A DNA stretch of 63,644 bases, counting the filler, from Nemertoderma westbladi (lineage: Eukaryota > Animalia > Xenacoelomorpha): NCBI GenBank assembly GCA_032718475.1. It is 3 parts of 3 records of this genome, joined end to end, with 100 filler letters (N's around TTAATTAATTAA, not from the genome) between each part and the next. Parts side by side here need not be neighbours in the genome. Positions count along the whole stretch, not along the records: positions 17,807 to 45,142 come from JAUCBJ010000887.1; positions 45,243 to 63,644 come from JAUCBJ010008091.1; 1 more part is not named here. The stretch is one strand, 5' to 3'. Positions 38,201-49,220 of the stretch are shown one piece after another; the first letter of the stretch is position 1, and every line of letters starts with the position of its first letter. A program made the translations under genes and the position numbers. The notes under the pieces are model-generated. The model saw only the letters and a program-made list of their open reading frames with translations, ran no database searches and was not told where the DNA came from.

Positions 38201-38576
38201 ATTTTTTAACGATTTCTATTGTTGAAACTTCATCTAAACCCCAAATACTAACTAGATTCTGGGTTGTTAACTCAGAAATATCTGCATCCAGTCTAAAGTA
38301 AAGTTCTTTTTCTTTATCTGAAAGAACATTAACAGTAGATATAATTATATCAGTTATCTTACCCTGGAGTGGTTTATTTATGGGACCAACCCATCCGATA
38401 TACTCAACAATTTCGTTTAATTCTTCCGTTTTCTTCAATATACTTTCCACCTGTTCGATACTTTTCTTTGTTTCAGTTTGATCTTTACTGAACGTATCAA
38501 TTACTGTAATTGTGCCGTCATCATCTCCTGTATAAAGTATAATTTTTGTTAAGCTGTCTTTCCACTGAGTTGACAT
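35112..38576 (-). CDS. ROCO-family protein (ROC GTPase + COR) with two C-terminal CARD/death-fold-like repeats; single exon, 1154 aa, no LRR or kinase seen
   Basis: P-loop LMLVGQERAGKTSL, TDGID, DFGGQCIYYTTHQIFLS, PPVFVVGTHK. COR motifs YHDLGTIIYF, VILSPEWL, YYVPCRL. Two ~85-aa helical repeats ending ...TNQPLLVEIL and ...TNQHHLADTL. Confidence 0.88.
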   Translation of the reverse strand: MSTQWKDSLTKIILYTGDDDGTITVIDTFSKDQTETKKSIEQVESILKKTEELNEIVEYIGWVGPINKPLQGKITDIIISTVNVLSDKEKELYFRLDADISELTTQNLVSIWGLDEVSTIEIVKKFRDLGLLSTSELNSLKVPKLLINYIKEQKRLPIEILARGPEALAAYKAALSKGTTWILKTRLMLVGQERAGKTSLKKALIGQPFDINEQITDGIDSSANCIINTEQNTDWTNLRDKDKENLEKDVNDFVTKQIAKTVLESKQVADNKSDDSGTSGKVVGSVTPIVSTSSSAANAKPTEIPITVASGSANKVPTVSLWRRLVSKFTRNKEQIRNEGEVRVTEGSISRHKEGTGYIQSKHDSSETQIPPNISKGVEDILTSGKPQDILAKFNEEDSRFSLQIVDFGGQCIYYTTHQIFLSRRAIYIIVFNLLENLEKTPDIIFRSDENNINEFVFGEIKNIEFIEFWLKNIYSFGTKLEVNSCPPVFVVGTHKGSLHADPDTQSVIASKIFEKIKTHLGKSSYTDNLIKDYIAIENNIAIINSGEKGLENLQANIVNEMANFKEEIPLQYLKFDQLVSQLITDGKVYIDIDLLEIKLKDIDVEMDNIGLKTMLEFYHDLGTIIYFDDESLRDTVILSPEWLSGMFTKIITVKDKIKKQHFTFWKDLDDNGILHEELLDYLWEGVLDKKQFMLNILERFDLLCERVLPKTERTLQDDVKLAYYVPCRLKSVRYTPFTPRQCKVEFYITFKSFLPQGLYYRLIKRTIDLSYIVGNRVIQPKLYHRVAQIFLDFNHQVILERSSISLNWIKVQVIRSEMFSSGDEQTESKLAPDPDIVNKVNHFINTSLKEIITQMRFKNISFDFEIKCECNAKCDQHRLLDCNEEGCFHFVKLADILSNDFVECQFNNSVRSRFISGKFPVVGRFSSHWLNITTNQNDLIDRLEISELLVYLASKGAISKEVLAVIESKSNLLSKNKILLESIKWGSENNYKIFIEALYVTNQPLLVEILHGKIKMEDQMLPDILTKYKYMLMKNLEQTKFVAQLLVSRNVISKSIIEIIECKESIDSKNVVLINAVMKRSYKDFLSFCKCLRLTNQHHLADTLEEATKGYDADIVDITNQADEVTDIDNTNQGGEAAGVIDVTNQPVERLLL

Positions 38577-38579
38577 CCA

Positions 38580-38927
38580 ATATTACGATGAAAAATTCTG
38601 GGTTGGAGCAAGTTAAATTTTATTAATCAAGTTACAAATATAATTATAAATATAGTTCGTTAAGGCTCTCCAATATGCACCTACACGGTCCCTATACGTT
38701 TCCCTGCCTATGTCTTCTGTGTTTTGGTTACAACATTTATTCTGTTTTTAGTGCAATTTTCAACCGATATAAAGTCGTACATTACGTTAGTCAATTCTTC
38801 AATTTATATTAGATTTGTACTTTATTGATAATGATAGCGCTGAGCTACAGAAATATATTTATAATAATATTTGAAATTTGATTAATAATATTTAACTTGC
38901 TCCAACCCAGAATTTTTCATCGAATAT
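38580..38927. mobile_element. Small element with ~50-bp inverted ends immediately upstream of the ROCO ATG
   Basis: cgatgaaaaattctgggttggagcaagttaaat...ttaatcaa (38586-38630) recurs inverted at 38878-38922. Confidence 0.55.
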
Positions 38928-38991
38928 AACTGACATCTCAAACTTTCTTATAGTTAATCCAAAATTACGTATTATAGCAAGGATAAACGGA

Positions 38992-39382
38992 GAATAGGCG
39001 GGACAATAGGTGGGACAATAGGCAGGACAATAGGCCGGACAATAGGTGGGACAATAGGCGGAACATTAGGTGGGACAATAGACGGGGCAATAGGCGGGAC
39101 AATAGGCGGGGCAATAGGCGGGACAATAGGCGGGACAATAGGCGGGACAATAGGCGGGACAATAGGCGGGACAATAGGCGGGGCAATAGGCGGGACAATA
39201 GGCGGGGCAATAGGCGGGACAATAGGCGGGACAATAGGCGGGACAATAGGCGGGACAATAGGCGGGACAATAGGCGGGACAATAGGCGGGACAATAGGCG
39301 GGGCAATAGGCGGGGCAATAGGCGGGACAATAGGCGGGACAATAGGCGGGGCAATAGGCGGGACGATAGGCGGGACAATAGG
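38992..39382. repeat. 12-bp tandem repeat (ggcgggacaata)n
   Basis: About 32 copies, read directly. Confidence 0.97.
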
Positions 39383-39457
39383 ATGGTTAAAATTATAAAA
39401 ATAAGTTTTTTGCATTATTTCTGAACCGAAGTATGAAGCTGAAATACAATATCTCAC

Positions 39458-39801
39458 TGATACTGTATACTGTTAATATAAACAACTACTGTACCCGCGA
39501 TACTGTATACTGTTAATATAAACAACTACCCGCGATACTGTATACTGTTAATATAAACAACTACCCGCGATACTGTATACTGTTAATATAAACAACTACC
39601 CGCGGTACTGTATACTGTTAATATAAACAACTACCCGCGATACTGTTAATATATACAACTACCCGCGATACTGTATACTGTTAATATAAACAACTACCCG
39701 CGATACTGTATACTGTTAATATAAACAACTACCCGCGATACTGTTAATATAAACAACTCCCCGCGATACTGTATACTGTTAATATAAACAACTACCCGCG
39801 A
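39458..39801. repeat. 35-bp tandem repeat
   Basis: Unit ctacccgcgatactgtatactgttaatataaacaa, with 28-bp deletion variants. Confidence 0.93.
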
Positions 39802-40029
39802 GATGTGGTCGATAATAGTCTCCAACACTCCGCCAGCTCCAACAGTAGCACCCAAACCTACTGACGATACTGAATGTGTTATACGATTTGTACCAACAGT
39901 CTCCAAAGCTATAAAAACAATCCTTGATCAGATTGGATTGCACACATTTAATTTCGAACGTAGAACTCGGTCAAATATATTGGACCAGACGAACTACCAA
40001 TTTAATCTTCGGTCTAACAGCAGTCAATA

Positions 40030-40763
40030 GTGCTGGTTTACAAGGCTGAGATAACTCCCTCTTGAAATGACTCCCCAATCGTCTCAGCCTAGGTTGAGAA
40101 CACTCTCCACTCCCAGTTATCATAGTCTAAGCTTAGAACACTCCACTTAGGCTGAGATGACTCCCCTTAGGCTGAGATGACTCCACTTAGGCTGAGATGA
40201 CTCCCTTTAGGCTGAGATGACTCCCCTTAGGCTGAGATGACTCCCCTTAGGCTGAGATGACTCCCCTTAGGCTGAGATGACTCCCCTTAGGCTGAGATGA
40301 CTCCCTTTAGGCTGAGATGACTCCCCTTAGGCTGAGATGACTCCCCTTAGGCTGAGATGACTCCCTTTAGGCTGATATGACTCCCCTTAGGCTGAGATGA
40401 CTCCCCTTAGGCTGAGATGTCTCCCCTTAGGCTGAGATGACTCCCCTTAGGCTGAGATGACTCCCCTTAGGCTGCGATGACTCCCCTTAGGCTGAGATGA
40501 CTCCCTTTAGGCTGAGATGACTCCCCTAATTGAGTTATAATTAATCTCCGTACCTGTGCTATTTTCGTATATTGCAAAAATTAAACTGTTACCTATGTTA
40601 ATGAATTATTGTTCATTGTTTTGGTTAGAAAAGCCCGCCACTGTAACCTGCTCCTTTCCGTTAATTAAGAAATCTAGGAAGAAAACTTGGGGTGTTCTCA
40701 GCCTAGGCTGAAAAGACTGGGGAGTCATATTTGGTGGGGAGTTATCTCAGCCTGTTACATCGG
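40030..40763. mobile_element. Non-autonomous element with subterminal inverted repeats and a central 20-bp tandem array (40141-40527)
   Basis: aggctgagataactcccc...atgactcccca...tcagcctaggttgagaacac is mirrored at 40693-40755. Array unit gctgagatgactccccttag. 15-bp direct repeat gacgaactaccaatt at 39988 and 40763. Confidence 0.7.
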
Positions 40764-41759
40764 ACGAACTACCAATTAAATTTTTTTTACAAAGTTTAAG
40801 TTGACTCGATATGAAACTGTTTCGAAAATTTCTACAAATTTGCTCCGATTTAAAGAGGGTTGGGAAAGAAGGTTAAACTCATGCATGCAATATGTAAAAT
40901 ATACTGTAATGCCTGAACTGACCATAATTACATTGGGAAACTTAAACAAAAACATGTAAAGCGCCACAACGAACATTATTTATGGAGAGTGTTAGAGTTT
41001 TTACTGACAGTGTTGGTGGTGGGCTTAAAATTTGAATGTAAATAATGGTAATTGGTAAATAAAAAGTATCGATTTACAGTTATATGCGGTCTTATAATGG
41101 CTATAAACGTTGTGGAATAACACAACACTGTATCGACAATGGCCACTTATTCGACGAATATAACGTGTCAGTTCTAGACTCCCATATATAGATCCAACCG
41201 ATTTGGCAACTCACGAAACTATTCAAATACGAACTAATTTATATACATATATTTTTATAATAATTTATTTTACCAGGAATAAAACGACATTAAAAATTGT
41301 ACTTTCTTTGATGAGTGACACTTATATACTTATATGAACTTATATTAATATTTTCCACAATCACTGTTCTGTACACTCGTAATTTTTAATAAGACACTTA
41401 CTCTGCTATAAACAGTACAATAATTCCACACTTATTGTAACATGAGAAAACCTACCAAATCCAATGATACATTTCTTCGTTTGTGGGAAAGTATGTTTGT
41501 TTGTTTGTGGTGGTGGGAAATTTCACAAAGGTCAGGGTATCATATTCTGTATCACTACCGGTCTAAATACTATAGAGTAAAGTTGTTCCAAACAGTATTC
41601 CATACAGTATGAGTCAAAAATCAGCTCCCTACTGCACGAGAATTTAACTCGCAGAAATAAGCTGTTTCCTTATTAAAAATTGTATTAGTTCAACTCAGAG
41701 CAGAGGACCCCATGTAACCGGAATTTTCAATTTTACATTTAAATTTTTACGTTAGCGTT

Positions 41760-42300
41760 TTATAAAAGTGACTTTTACAAAATTGTTGCCTCCGTTTCGT
41801 TGCCATTTTTCTCATCAATATTGATTTATTTTTAATATATTTGAAAGCTTGCATTGTGAGGATTCCAAATATGTATTAATGTCTCAATTTCTTTGATAAA
41901 CAGATGAGATATGGGCGTTCTAAGATTGCAAGAAGTATCTTTCATTATAATATACCAGTTATTTATGTATATGTGTAGCTATGCATACATAAATATAATA
42001 ATATATTATAAATAGGATAAATAAATGGGATTTTTATCATAAAAATGATAAAAATAATAACACGTTCTAGAATGTTGTGTTTATATTAATTATAATAAAT
42101 GACTTCCAGCGAATGATAATTTATCGCAATCTTTGAACGCCAGTATTATATCTCAGCTGTTTCTCAACGAAACTCAAAATATATTTATATTTGGAATCCT
42201 TACAACTCAAGCTTTCTAATAATATGTCGTTGTGGCTAATATGAGGAATGGTCGTGATGCAATGAGGGCGATATCGCAAACGTTAAAAGTCTATAAATTC
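41760..42300. mobile_element. Degenerate foldback / MITE-like inverted repeat
   Basis: gaaagcttgcattgtgaggattccaaatat (~41843) vs atatttggaatccttacaactcaagctttc (~42187). aacagatgagatat..cgttctaagattgc (~41899) vs gcaatctttgaacg..atatctcagctgtt (~42126). Confidence 0.55.
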
Positions 42301-42599
42301 AAAAAAGAAAATTCTATGTAGCTCCATGTTAAATAAAGTATGATAAAGATTTGTATAAAAATAAGGTGGGGTGTGGGATAGGGATGTCCCTTCTTATCTA
42401 AAATTACACTTTATTACGGGCAAGGTGTTATATATTATAATATACCTTGTTGTATGCCTAAGTAATGAGACTGTGTGGCAGACTTAAAAATGAAAGTTTT
42501 TATTATACATTACCGGTTGTATTCTCTTAAAGTTACTTTACTGCATTTTTTATTATTATTATTAGTCAACACTCCTTTATTACATCATATTATAACTAT

Positions 42600-45142
42600 T
42601 TGTTGCACGTGAAGTAAGATAAAACATAATTAGTGGAGGGAGAAAAACCACCCAGGCGTATCAGCGCTTACGGGGGTTAATAAAAAACAAAATTTAAAAT
42701 CACTAAACATTAAAATTTACATCAGCTTAAAAAAAAAAATTAAAAAGAAATACGAATAAAATGAACTGTACATACCGTAGAACCCAGAAACGTTTATTAC
42801 GAGCGACCGATTAGTGGTCGATTAAATTTGCAAATTGGTAGGAAATCGTGGTTCTTGAGCTTGGTCGCAAAACTGACAAGTGTTCTGGAATCTACTATAT
42901 CTTCTGGCAAATCATTCCAGACTGGCACAACACGGCTGGTAAATGAGTTTTTAGATATAATTAATCTACATCTAGGTACATTTAACTTGTGAGAGTGGCC
43001 ACGCAGACCCGGACGGTTAGTATAGCTAAATAGCGCACCAAAATCTAAATCAACTAAATTTCTCTCTATACTGAAAAGTAACTTTAGATCAAAAATATAT
43101 CGTCGGACTTCCAGCGGTTGTAAATTAAGGTGTTGTATTCTATGTATGTACGGTTTGTAACTAATATTGCAACGGCTATACAATCTACGTGTAAAATATC
43201 GCTGGACACTCTCCACAAGATCAATACTGCCTAATGAAAAAGGCGACCATACTGGTGTACAGTATTCTAGAATCGGTCTAACGTATGATTTATAGGCTGT
43301 TAATATTGCACCTTTATTGCTAGTCTTAAAGCAACGAAATATCATATTAGTTATGTTAAAAGCCTTTGTACACTGTTGTTTACAGTATTTATCAAACTTC
43401 AAATCCGCAGATATAATAATACCTAAATCTTTACATTTCGTCACCTTCTTTATCACTTTATTGCCTAGCACATAATTGTAATTATTATTATTTGCACCTA
43501 TATGTAGAACCATACATTTATCCGGGGCTATATTTAGCTGCCAAAGGTTGGCCCAGGTCTCTAACCTAGAGAGGCTAGCGTTCAGACTATGACTTTCATT
43601 GGACGGACCATATAGCTTGACATCATCGGCAAATAAACGGCAGGACACGTTATCCCTGTCCAAAAGCGGTGGTAAGTCGTTTATGTATATCAGGAACAAA
43701 ACCGGTCCGAGGACACTGCCCTGTATTGTTCCGGATACGACCCGACAGTAGTCGGAATATTTATCTCCTACAACTATTCTTTGGGTTCTGTTACTGAGAA
43801 ATGCCGATAGCCAAGATAATAGGTCGCCCGAAATCCCATAACTAGACAATTTAATCAATAGCTTTGAATGTATAATAGAATCAAAAGCCTTGGCATAGTC
43901 TATGTATATCACATCAAAGGATTTCTTACGGTCTAGAAAATTGCACCAATCTTTTACACATTCAATAAGTTGAGAACAAGTAGAGCGTTTTTTTAAAAAG
44001 CCGTGTTGTGCCTTACATATTAAACCATGTTTAAACAAATAATTTACTATTTCAATCTTTATACACGATTCCATTAATTTGCACGCTACACATGTTAATG
44101 AGACTGGCCTGTAATTGTACGGGTCTGACGGATTTCCCTTTTTGTATATCGGAATGACATTGGCTGTAAGCCATATCGTCGGTAACGCGTGATATTCAAA
44201 AGAAATTTTGAAAAGTGCCGATAATGGTGCCGCAATGCAGCGAGACAAATTTGCGAAGAGAATGTTCGGTAATCCGTCAGGTGTACGGCTGGTCTTTTTT
44301 TTAAGTTTCCTAAGCATAGCATATACTGTAACGGGACAGAAATCAACTTTTGATAAATTGGTTATAGAATCAATCCTACGTTTAAAACTAGGTATATTAT
44401 CATTATCTAAATTAAAATTTTCGCTTAATACTTCAGCGAAAATACGGGCTTTTATCAAATCATCTACCACTATATCCCCCTTATGTTTCAGAGGGGCAAT
44501 TTCCGACTTTCCTTTACGCTTGGAATTAACGTAATTGAAAAGGGTACTCTTATTTTCGGAAGATAAAATTTTATTCTCCTTTATGCAAGCCGCACGGAAG
44601 ATTTCCTTAGAAACTTCTTTAGCACATTGATCATATGCTATTTTGCCCCCGGTTGTGTGCCGGCGACGCCACAGCTGTTTCTTTTTGCGCTGTAAAACAC
44701 GAATATGTTCGGGGTGGGGTTTGATGATTGATTTAAATTGTTTAAAAGGCACAAACTGATCAATACCCGTTTTTAGTTTACAAGAAAAAGCATTCCAAAA
44801 ATCATCTACTGTATTACACGTTAGATATATATTAGACCAATCGCAACTGTCTATGTAGTTAGTAAAATCTGCGTAATCAGCATGTTTAAAATCGTAAAAT
44901 CCGTGGCATTCCCGGTTCTCGGTGGAAACTGGATTAGGTCCTAAAAGATTAAAAGTAACTGTACTATGGTCGCTAGTTGCGAATGGTACCGTAACTGCAA
45001 TGTTAGAAATATAGAATTGATCTGTGGTAAACACTAAATCTAACACGTTATTGCCACGTGTAGGGCTGAACTGGAGCTGAGATAAACCAGCTTCCAAAAC
45101 AAACGTTGAAAACACGTTATATATATCTGTGTCGGGAAATTC
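42600..45142 (-). mobile_element. CR1-clade LINE ORF2 (APE C-terminus plus intact RT, 42797-45115) with 3' UTR; 5' end lost at the gap
   Basis: PTRGNNVLDLVFT, SDH, NYRPVSLT, QHGFLKKRST, DYAKAFDSI, QGSVLGPVLFLIYINDL, LFADDVKLY, KDLGI, VRPILEYCTPVWSP, LRGHSHKL, RVVPVWNDLP. Confidence 0.95.
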
Positions 45143-45242
45143 NNNNNNNNNNNNNNNNNNNNNNNNNNNNNNNNNNNNNNNNNNNNTTAATTAATTAANN
45201 NNNNNNNNNNNNNNNNNNNNNNNNNNNNNNNNNNNNNNNNNN
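45143..45242. other. Artificial linker / assembly gap
   Basis: N44-TTAATTAATTAA-N44. Confidence 0.97.
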
Positions 45243-45286
45243 CGATTATAATAAAGTACATAATAAAGTTCGCATATAAAATGTAT

Positions 45287-45502
45287 TTCGCTAAAGGCTA
45301 GTAAGTTGTGTGACCATTCGCTAAAGGCTAGTAAGTTGTGTGACCAATTCGCTAAAGGCTAGTAAGTTGTGTGACCAATTCGCTAAAGGCTAGTAAGTTG
45401 TGTGACCAATTCGCTAAAGGCTAGTAAGTTGTGTGACCAATTCGCTAAAGGCTAGTAAGTTGTGTGACCAATTCGCTAAAGGCTAGTAAGTTGTGTGACC
45501 AA
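45287..45502. repeat. 31-bp tandem repeat, 7 copies
   Basis: Unit ttcgctaaaggctagtaagttgtgtgaccaa. Confidence 0.95.
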
Positions 45503-45989
45503 ATTGAATTCAACAACATATCATTATTAATTGTAGTGATCGGTATAATTTATTTTAACTTTGACTCAATCGGAATAAAAATATGCCGAACGATATAACG
45601 AAAACACGATATCATGACGACATCTTATACTGTAATTACATATCAGACGGAAAGCTTTGACTTGCTCTGGGGAAGTAATCCATACCAATAATCACAACTA
45701 TGAGGTCGGGTGGTCGCGAGAGAGGGGGTGGGTTGGTATATCAGTGGGCACATCAGATCAAGAGAATAGGAAAACAGATTGCCTGGAGGGCTGTACTGGT
45801 GATCTGGGAATGTTATTTTATTTACATTCAAGACATGTTGTTTCCCATGGCGGTTTAATATGATTCCAAATAATGATAGATTATACATTAATATTTACGT
45901 CATTTTCAAGCCAAGTAATGAATTTGACCAACACGAGGAACAAAAAAGACAAACACAACATAATCTCTCTCTGCCTTTTTGTGTTATAT

Positions 45990-46368
45990 ATTTATTATAG
46001 GAAGGGATCTAGGGGTCTTAACCTCTAATGATAAGTTTATTTTAACCAAAAATAACTTATCTTTCATTGGTGCAATTGTAGGACTAATCCCATCACATGC
46101 GTAATTTTTAACCGGGTAGTGTACAAATTTAGGTAGCTCGTAATAATTGTTTCGTGATATATCTCTTCTCATATCTCTCCAAACCACGTACGCGTTTCGA
46201 CCTTATAGGGTCTCTTCAGCGTTTTGTCGGATTCGAACCTGGGACCTCGAGGTGGAAGTCGAGACTACAACCACTTGGCCTCTAAGCATTAAACACCCCT
46301 AAATCCCTTCCTATAAAAAATATATAATAACAAAACACCTCGAAAAATACAGCTTGCCAACACATTGT
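45990..46368 (-). mobile_element. Monomeric copy of the tRNA-like + hammerhead element with an inverted 5' segment and TSD
   Basis: 45990-46282 is a diverged reverse-complement copy of the 412-bp unit. 46303-46368 is unit sequence in + orientation. 14-bp TSD tttttgtgttatat at 45976-45989 and 46369-46382. Confidence 0.88.
46183..46225 (-). ncRNA. Minimal type I hammerhead ribozyme
   Basis: Minus strand: acg-CTGAAGA-gacc ctataa ggtc-GAAA-cgcGTA-cgtggt. Core is intact, stem I is partly mismatched. Confidence 0.8.
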
Positions 46369-46745
46369 TTTTTGTGTTATATCTTAGTCAGAACTCAATG
46401 TCAGCAGAGCTATTCAACATATTCATGACGAATCGCTTCAGGGATTCTGTTAGCGACCAGTATGGCAGGCAACCTTTAATGGTTTTGGGTGATAGTACTC
46501 CTATCGTTTCAGAAGGATAAAGTGACTCATTTACTGACTTATTTACTGACCAGATAACCTGTATACTTCACATTTATCAAAATTAGGAAGCCAATGTTTG
46601 ATAGCAACGCAAATAAGGTGATATACAATGATGGTGCACTAAACCCTGTTCTACCCTGCAATACCATATTTTAAATTTAATGCCGCCCTGGTGTGAACAG
46701 GCACTGCGACCAGTCAATAATTTTCTTCACTGCCTATCTATATAC

Positions 46746-47600
46746 CCATGCTGGACTCTAATTGCTGAGGACACCAAATCTCTGGATGGCACTTATGTTT
46801 GCTGCGTCTGAGGACACCAAATCTCTGGATGGCACTTATGTTTGCTGCGTCTGGGGGCACCAAATTTCTGGATGGCACTTATATTTGCTGCGTCTTGGGA
46901 CACCAAATCTCTGGATGGCACTTATGTTTGCTGCGTCCGGGGACACCAAATCTCTGGATGGCACTTATGTTTGCTGCGTCTGGGGACACCAAATCTCTGG
47001 ATGGCACTTATGTTTGATGCGACTGGGGACACCAAATCTCTGGATGGCACTTATGTTTGCTACGTCTGGGGACACCAAATCTCTGGATGGCACTTATGTT
47101 TGCTGCGTCTGGGGACACCAAATCTCTGGATGGCACTTATGTTTGCTGCGTCTGGGGACACCAAATCTCTGGATGGCACTTATGTTTGCTGCGTCTGGGG
47201 ACACCAAATCTCTGGATGGCACTTATGTTTGCTGCGTCTGGGGACACCAAATCTCTGGATGGCACTTATGTTTGCTGCGCCTGGGGACACCAAATCTCTG
47301 GATGGCACTTATGTTTGCTACGTCTGGGGACACTAAATCTCTGGATGGCACTTATGTTTGCTGCGTCTGGGGACACCAAATCTCTGGATGGCACTTATGT
47401 TTGCTGCGTCTGGGGAACCAAATCTCTGGATGGCACTTATGTTTGCTACGTCTGGGGACACTAAATCTCTGGATGGCACTTATGTTTGCTGCGTCTGGGG
47501 ACACCAAATCTCTGGATGGCACTTATGTTTGCTGCGTCTGGGGACACCAAATCTCTGGATGGCACTTATGTTTGCTCCGTCTGGGGACACCAAATCTCTG
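46746..47600 (+). repeat. 43-bp minisatellite (~19 copies) seeded by an RTE fragment
   Basis: Unit ggacaccaaatctctggatggcacttatgtttgctgcgtctgg. The lead-in ccatgctggactctaattgctgaggacaccaaatctctggatggcac matches RTE 55489-55535. Confidence 0.95.
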
Positions 47601-48099
47601 TCATCGTCGTCGAATATTCACAAATATACAGACATTTTATTTTATAAGAAACATTTGATTTCGGCCACCCCCGAGCTGGTGTTTCTTATTTATTTATTTA
47701 TGGTTATTCTCGATTTTAACGCTCCATGTTTCCTGAAATTTTCTTGATTTTATACATATAATATATAGGCTCTATACATTTAATTTTTGAATTTTAATTA
47801 AATCTGAGGGCTCCTGTTTTTCTTAATCTGTTCATAAATTCTGGGTAATAATTCGAGAACTCAATTTCTTAGCCTCAATTTCCGACTATTATGGCTTTCT
47901 AACACACACAGATTTTTGGAAAGTTATGTATATTGGAGTTACTAACTTTAAACTTTATTTGTATCGATTAATTTCTTTCATTAGGGCCATCTTGAGAATG
48001 TAACACAAGTAGAAAATACAAAGCAGTAGTGTACTTAAATGAGACAGGGGACGCAAATCCCATCTTAGATTTAATATCCCGCCTCAATGTTAAATTCAC

Positions 48100-48262
48100 A
48101 ATTTAGGGAAAGGAGCAGGTTACAGTGGCACGTTATTTTAACCAAAACAATAAACTAAGCACAATAGAACGGGTTACAGTTTTAATTTTGAGAATAATCA
48201 GCTGTTATTTGCGTCGAATTTCCCCTGGAGAGGGATAAATGTTTTGCGTGGAAAGTTCCCCC
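48100..48262 (+). repeat. Dispersed repeat shared with ~57820-57972 (+) and ~40560-40660 (-)
   Basis: Common caggttacagtggcacg..taaccaa.ac.ataaac core. The two + copies continue cagctgttatttg.gtcga.tttcccctggaga. Confidence 0.75.
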
Positions 48263-48575
48263 ACCCCCTACCTGACTTAAACATACATGTTACTTATAAA
48301 ACTTTTTACACCGACACAAATAATAAAAAATCAACAAAAATATCACGATACACGCTTGCCACGGGCTGAATGTTTTTGATATTATAACAATTATAAACGT
48401 TCGGTCATGGCTCAAAGTTCTGACTCGCGATACAATTAATAATCTTAATTAATTAATTTTACTCTGTAAACTTAGCGTATAGGAATTTGTCTATGTGGTC
48501 ACCATTCTGTGCTAATGGAATATCTAATTTCAGTGAATATTTCATTTGGTGAATCAGCATTAATCACATCATCAT

Positions 48576-49220
48576 TCAGCAATACGACGCAACTGGGTGA
48601 TTGAATTTCGGGTGGAGTTGGTGTTTAGTATCAGGTATTACCGCTGACATCCACTCCAGGCAGTAGCACGACTTGGACTGAGGCAACCCATTGCTTGTAA
48701 TAGGAGTTTCACATATACTGTCATCATTCAAGTTTGAGCACGAGGAAGATTGCAGAATCCCAGGGAAAGGATATATTTCAATAATTCCTAGATTTTTCGT
48801 TTCGTCTTTCGGTTTATTTTGGGCCCCCTTAGGGTTTTCCAGGGGAATCCGCATTGCGCAGTTCCGTTCGACTGTATCGCCTGGACTTATTGCGACAGAT
48901 AATCCGGACGCGGCGGCTGCGGCAATGCCGTGGCTCCGCGAACGTTTCAACTTAGCGGACTCCCTCAGGTTGACCAGTTTGTACACAACGATGAATATCA
49001 CCATGGTTGAGCCGAATATCCCCAACAGAAAGTACCAGGAATTAACAGAGTTTTGATTGCTCGATGGCGGAACTGTAGAGGGTATGGGACAACATCCGAC
49101 ACCCCTTACTGTTGTTGGCTCCTTATTGCTTTCCTTAAAGCAACACACATGACGTTTGGAGTTGCAGACAGCCAGTGAGCTCATGTCGTTGTTTTGACAT
49201 ACCATCGAGTCTGAGGACAT
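48576..49220 (-). CDS. Possible single-pass membrane protein with a small Cys-rich ectodomain (exon or frameshifted gene)
   Basis: GC-richer 214-aa ORF: several Cys, then hydrophobic WYFLLGIFGSTMVIFIVVY followed by basic residues. No family recognised. Confidence 0.45.
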   Translation of the reverse strand: MSSDSMVCQNNDMSSLAVCNSKRHVCCFKESNKEPTTVRGVGCCPIPSTVPPSSNQNSVNSWYFLLGIFGSTMVIFIVVYKLVNLRESAKLKRSRSHGIAAAAASGLSVAISPGDTVERNCAMRIPLENPKGAQNKPKDETKNLGIIEIYPFPGILQSSSCSNLNDDSICETPITSNGLPQSKSCYCLEWMSAVIPDTKHQLHPKFNHPVASYC

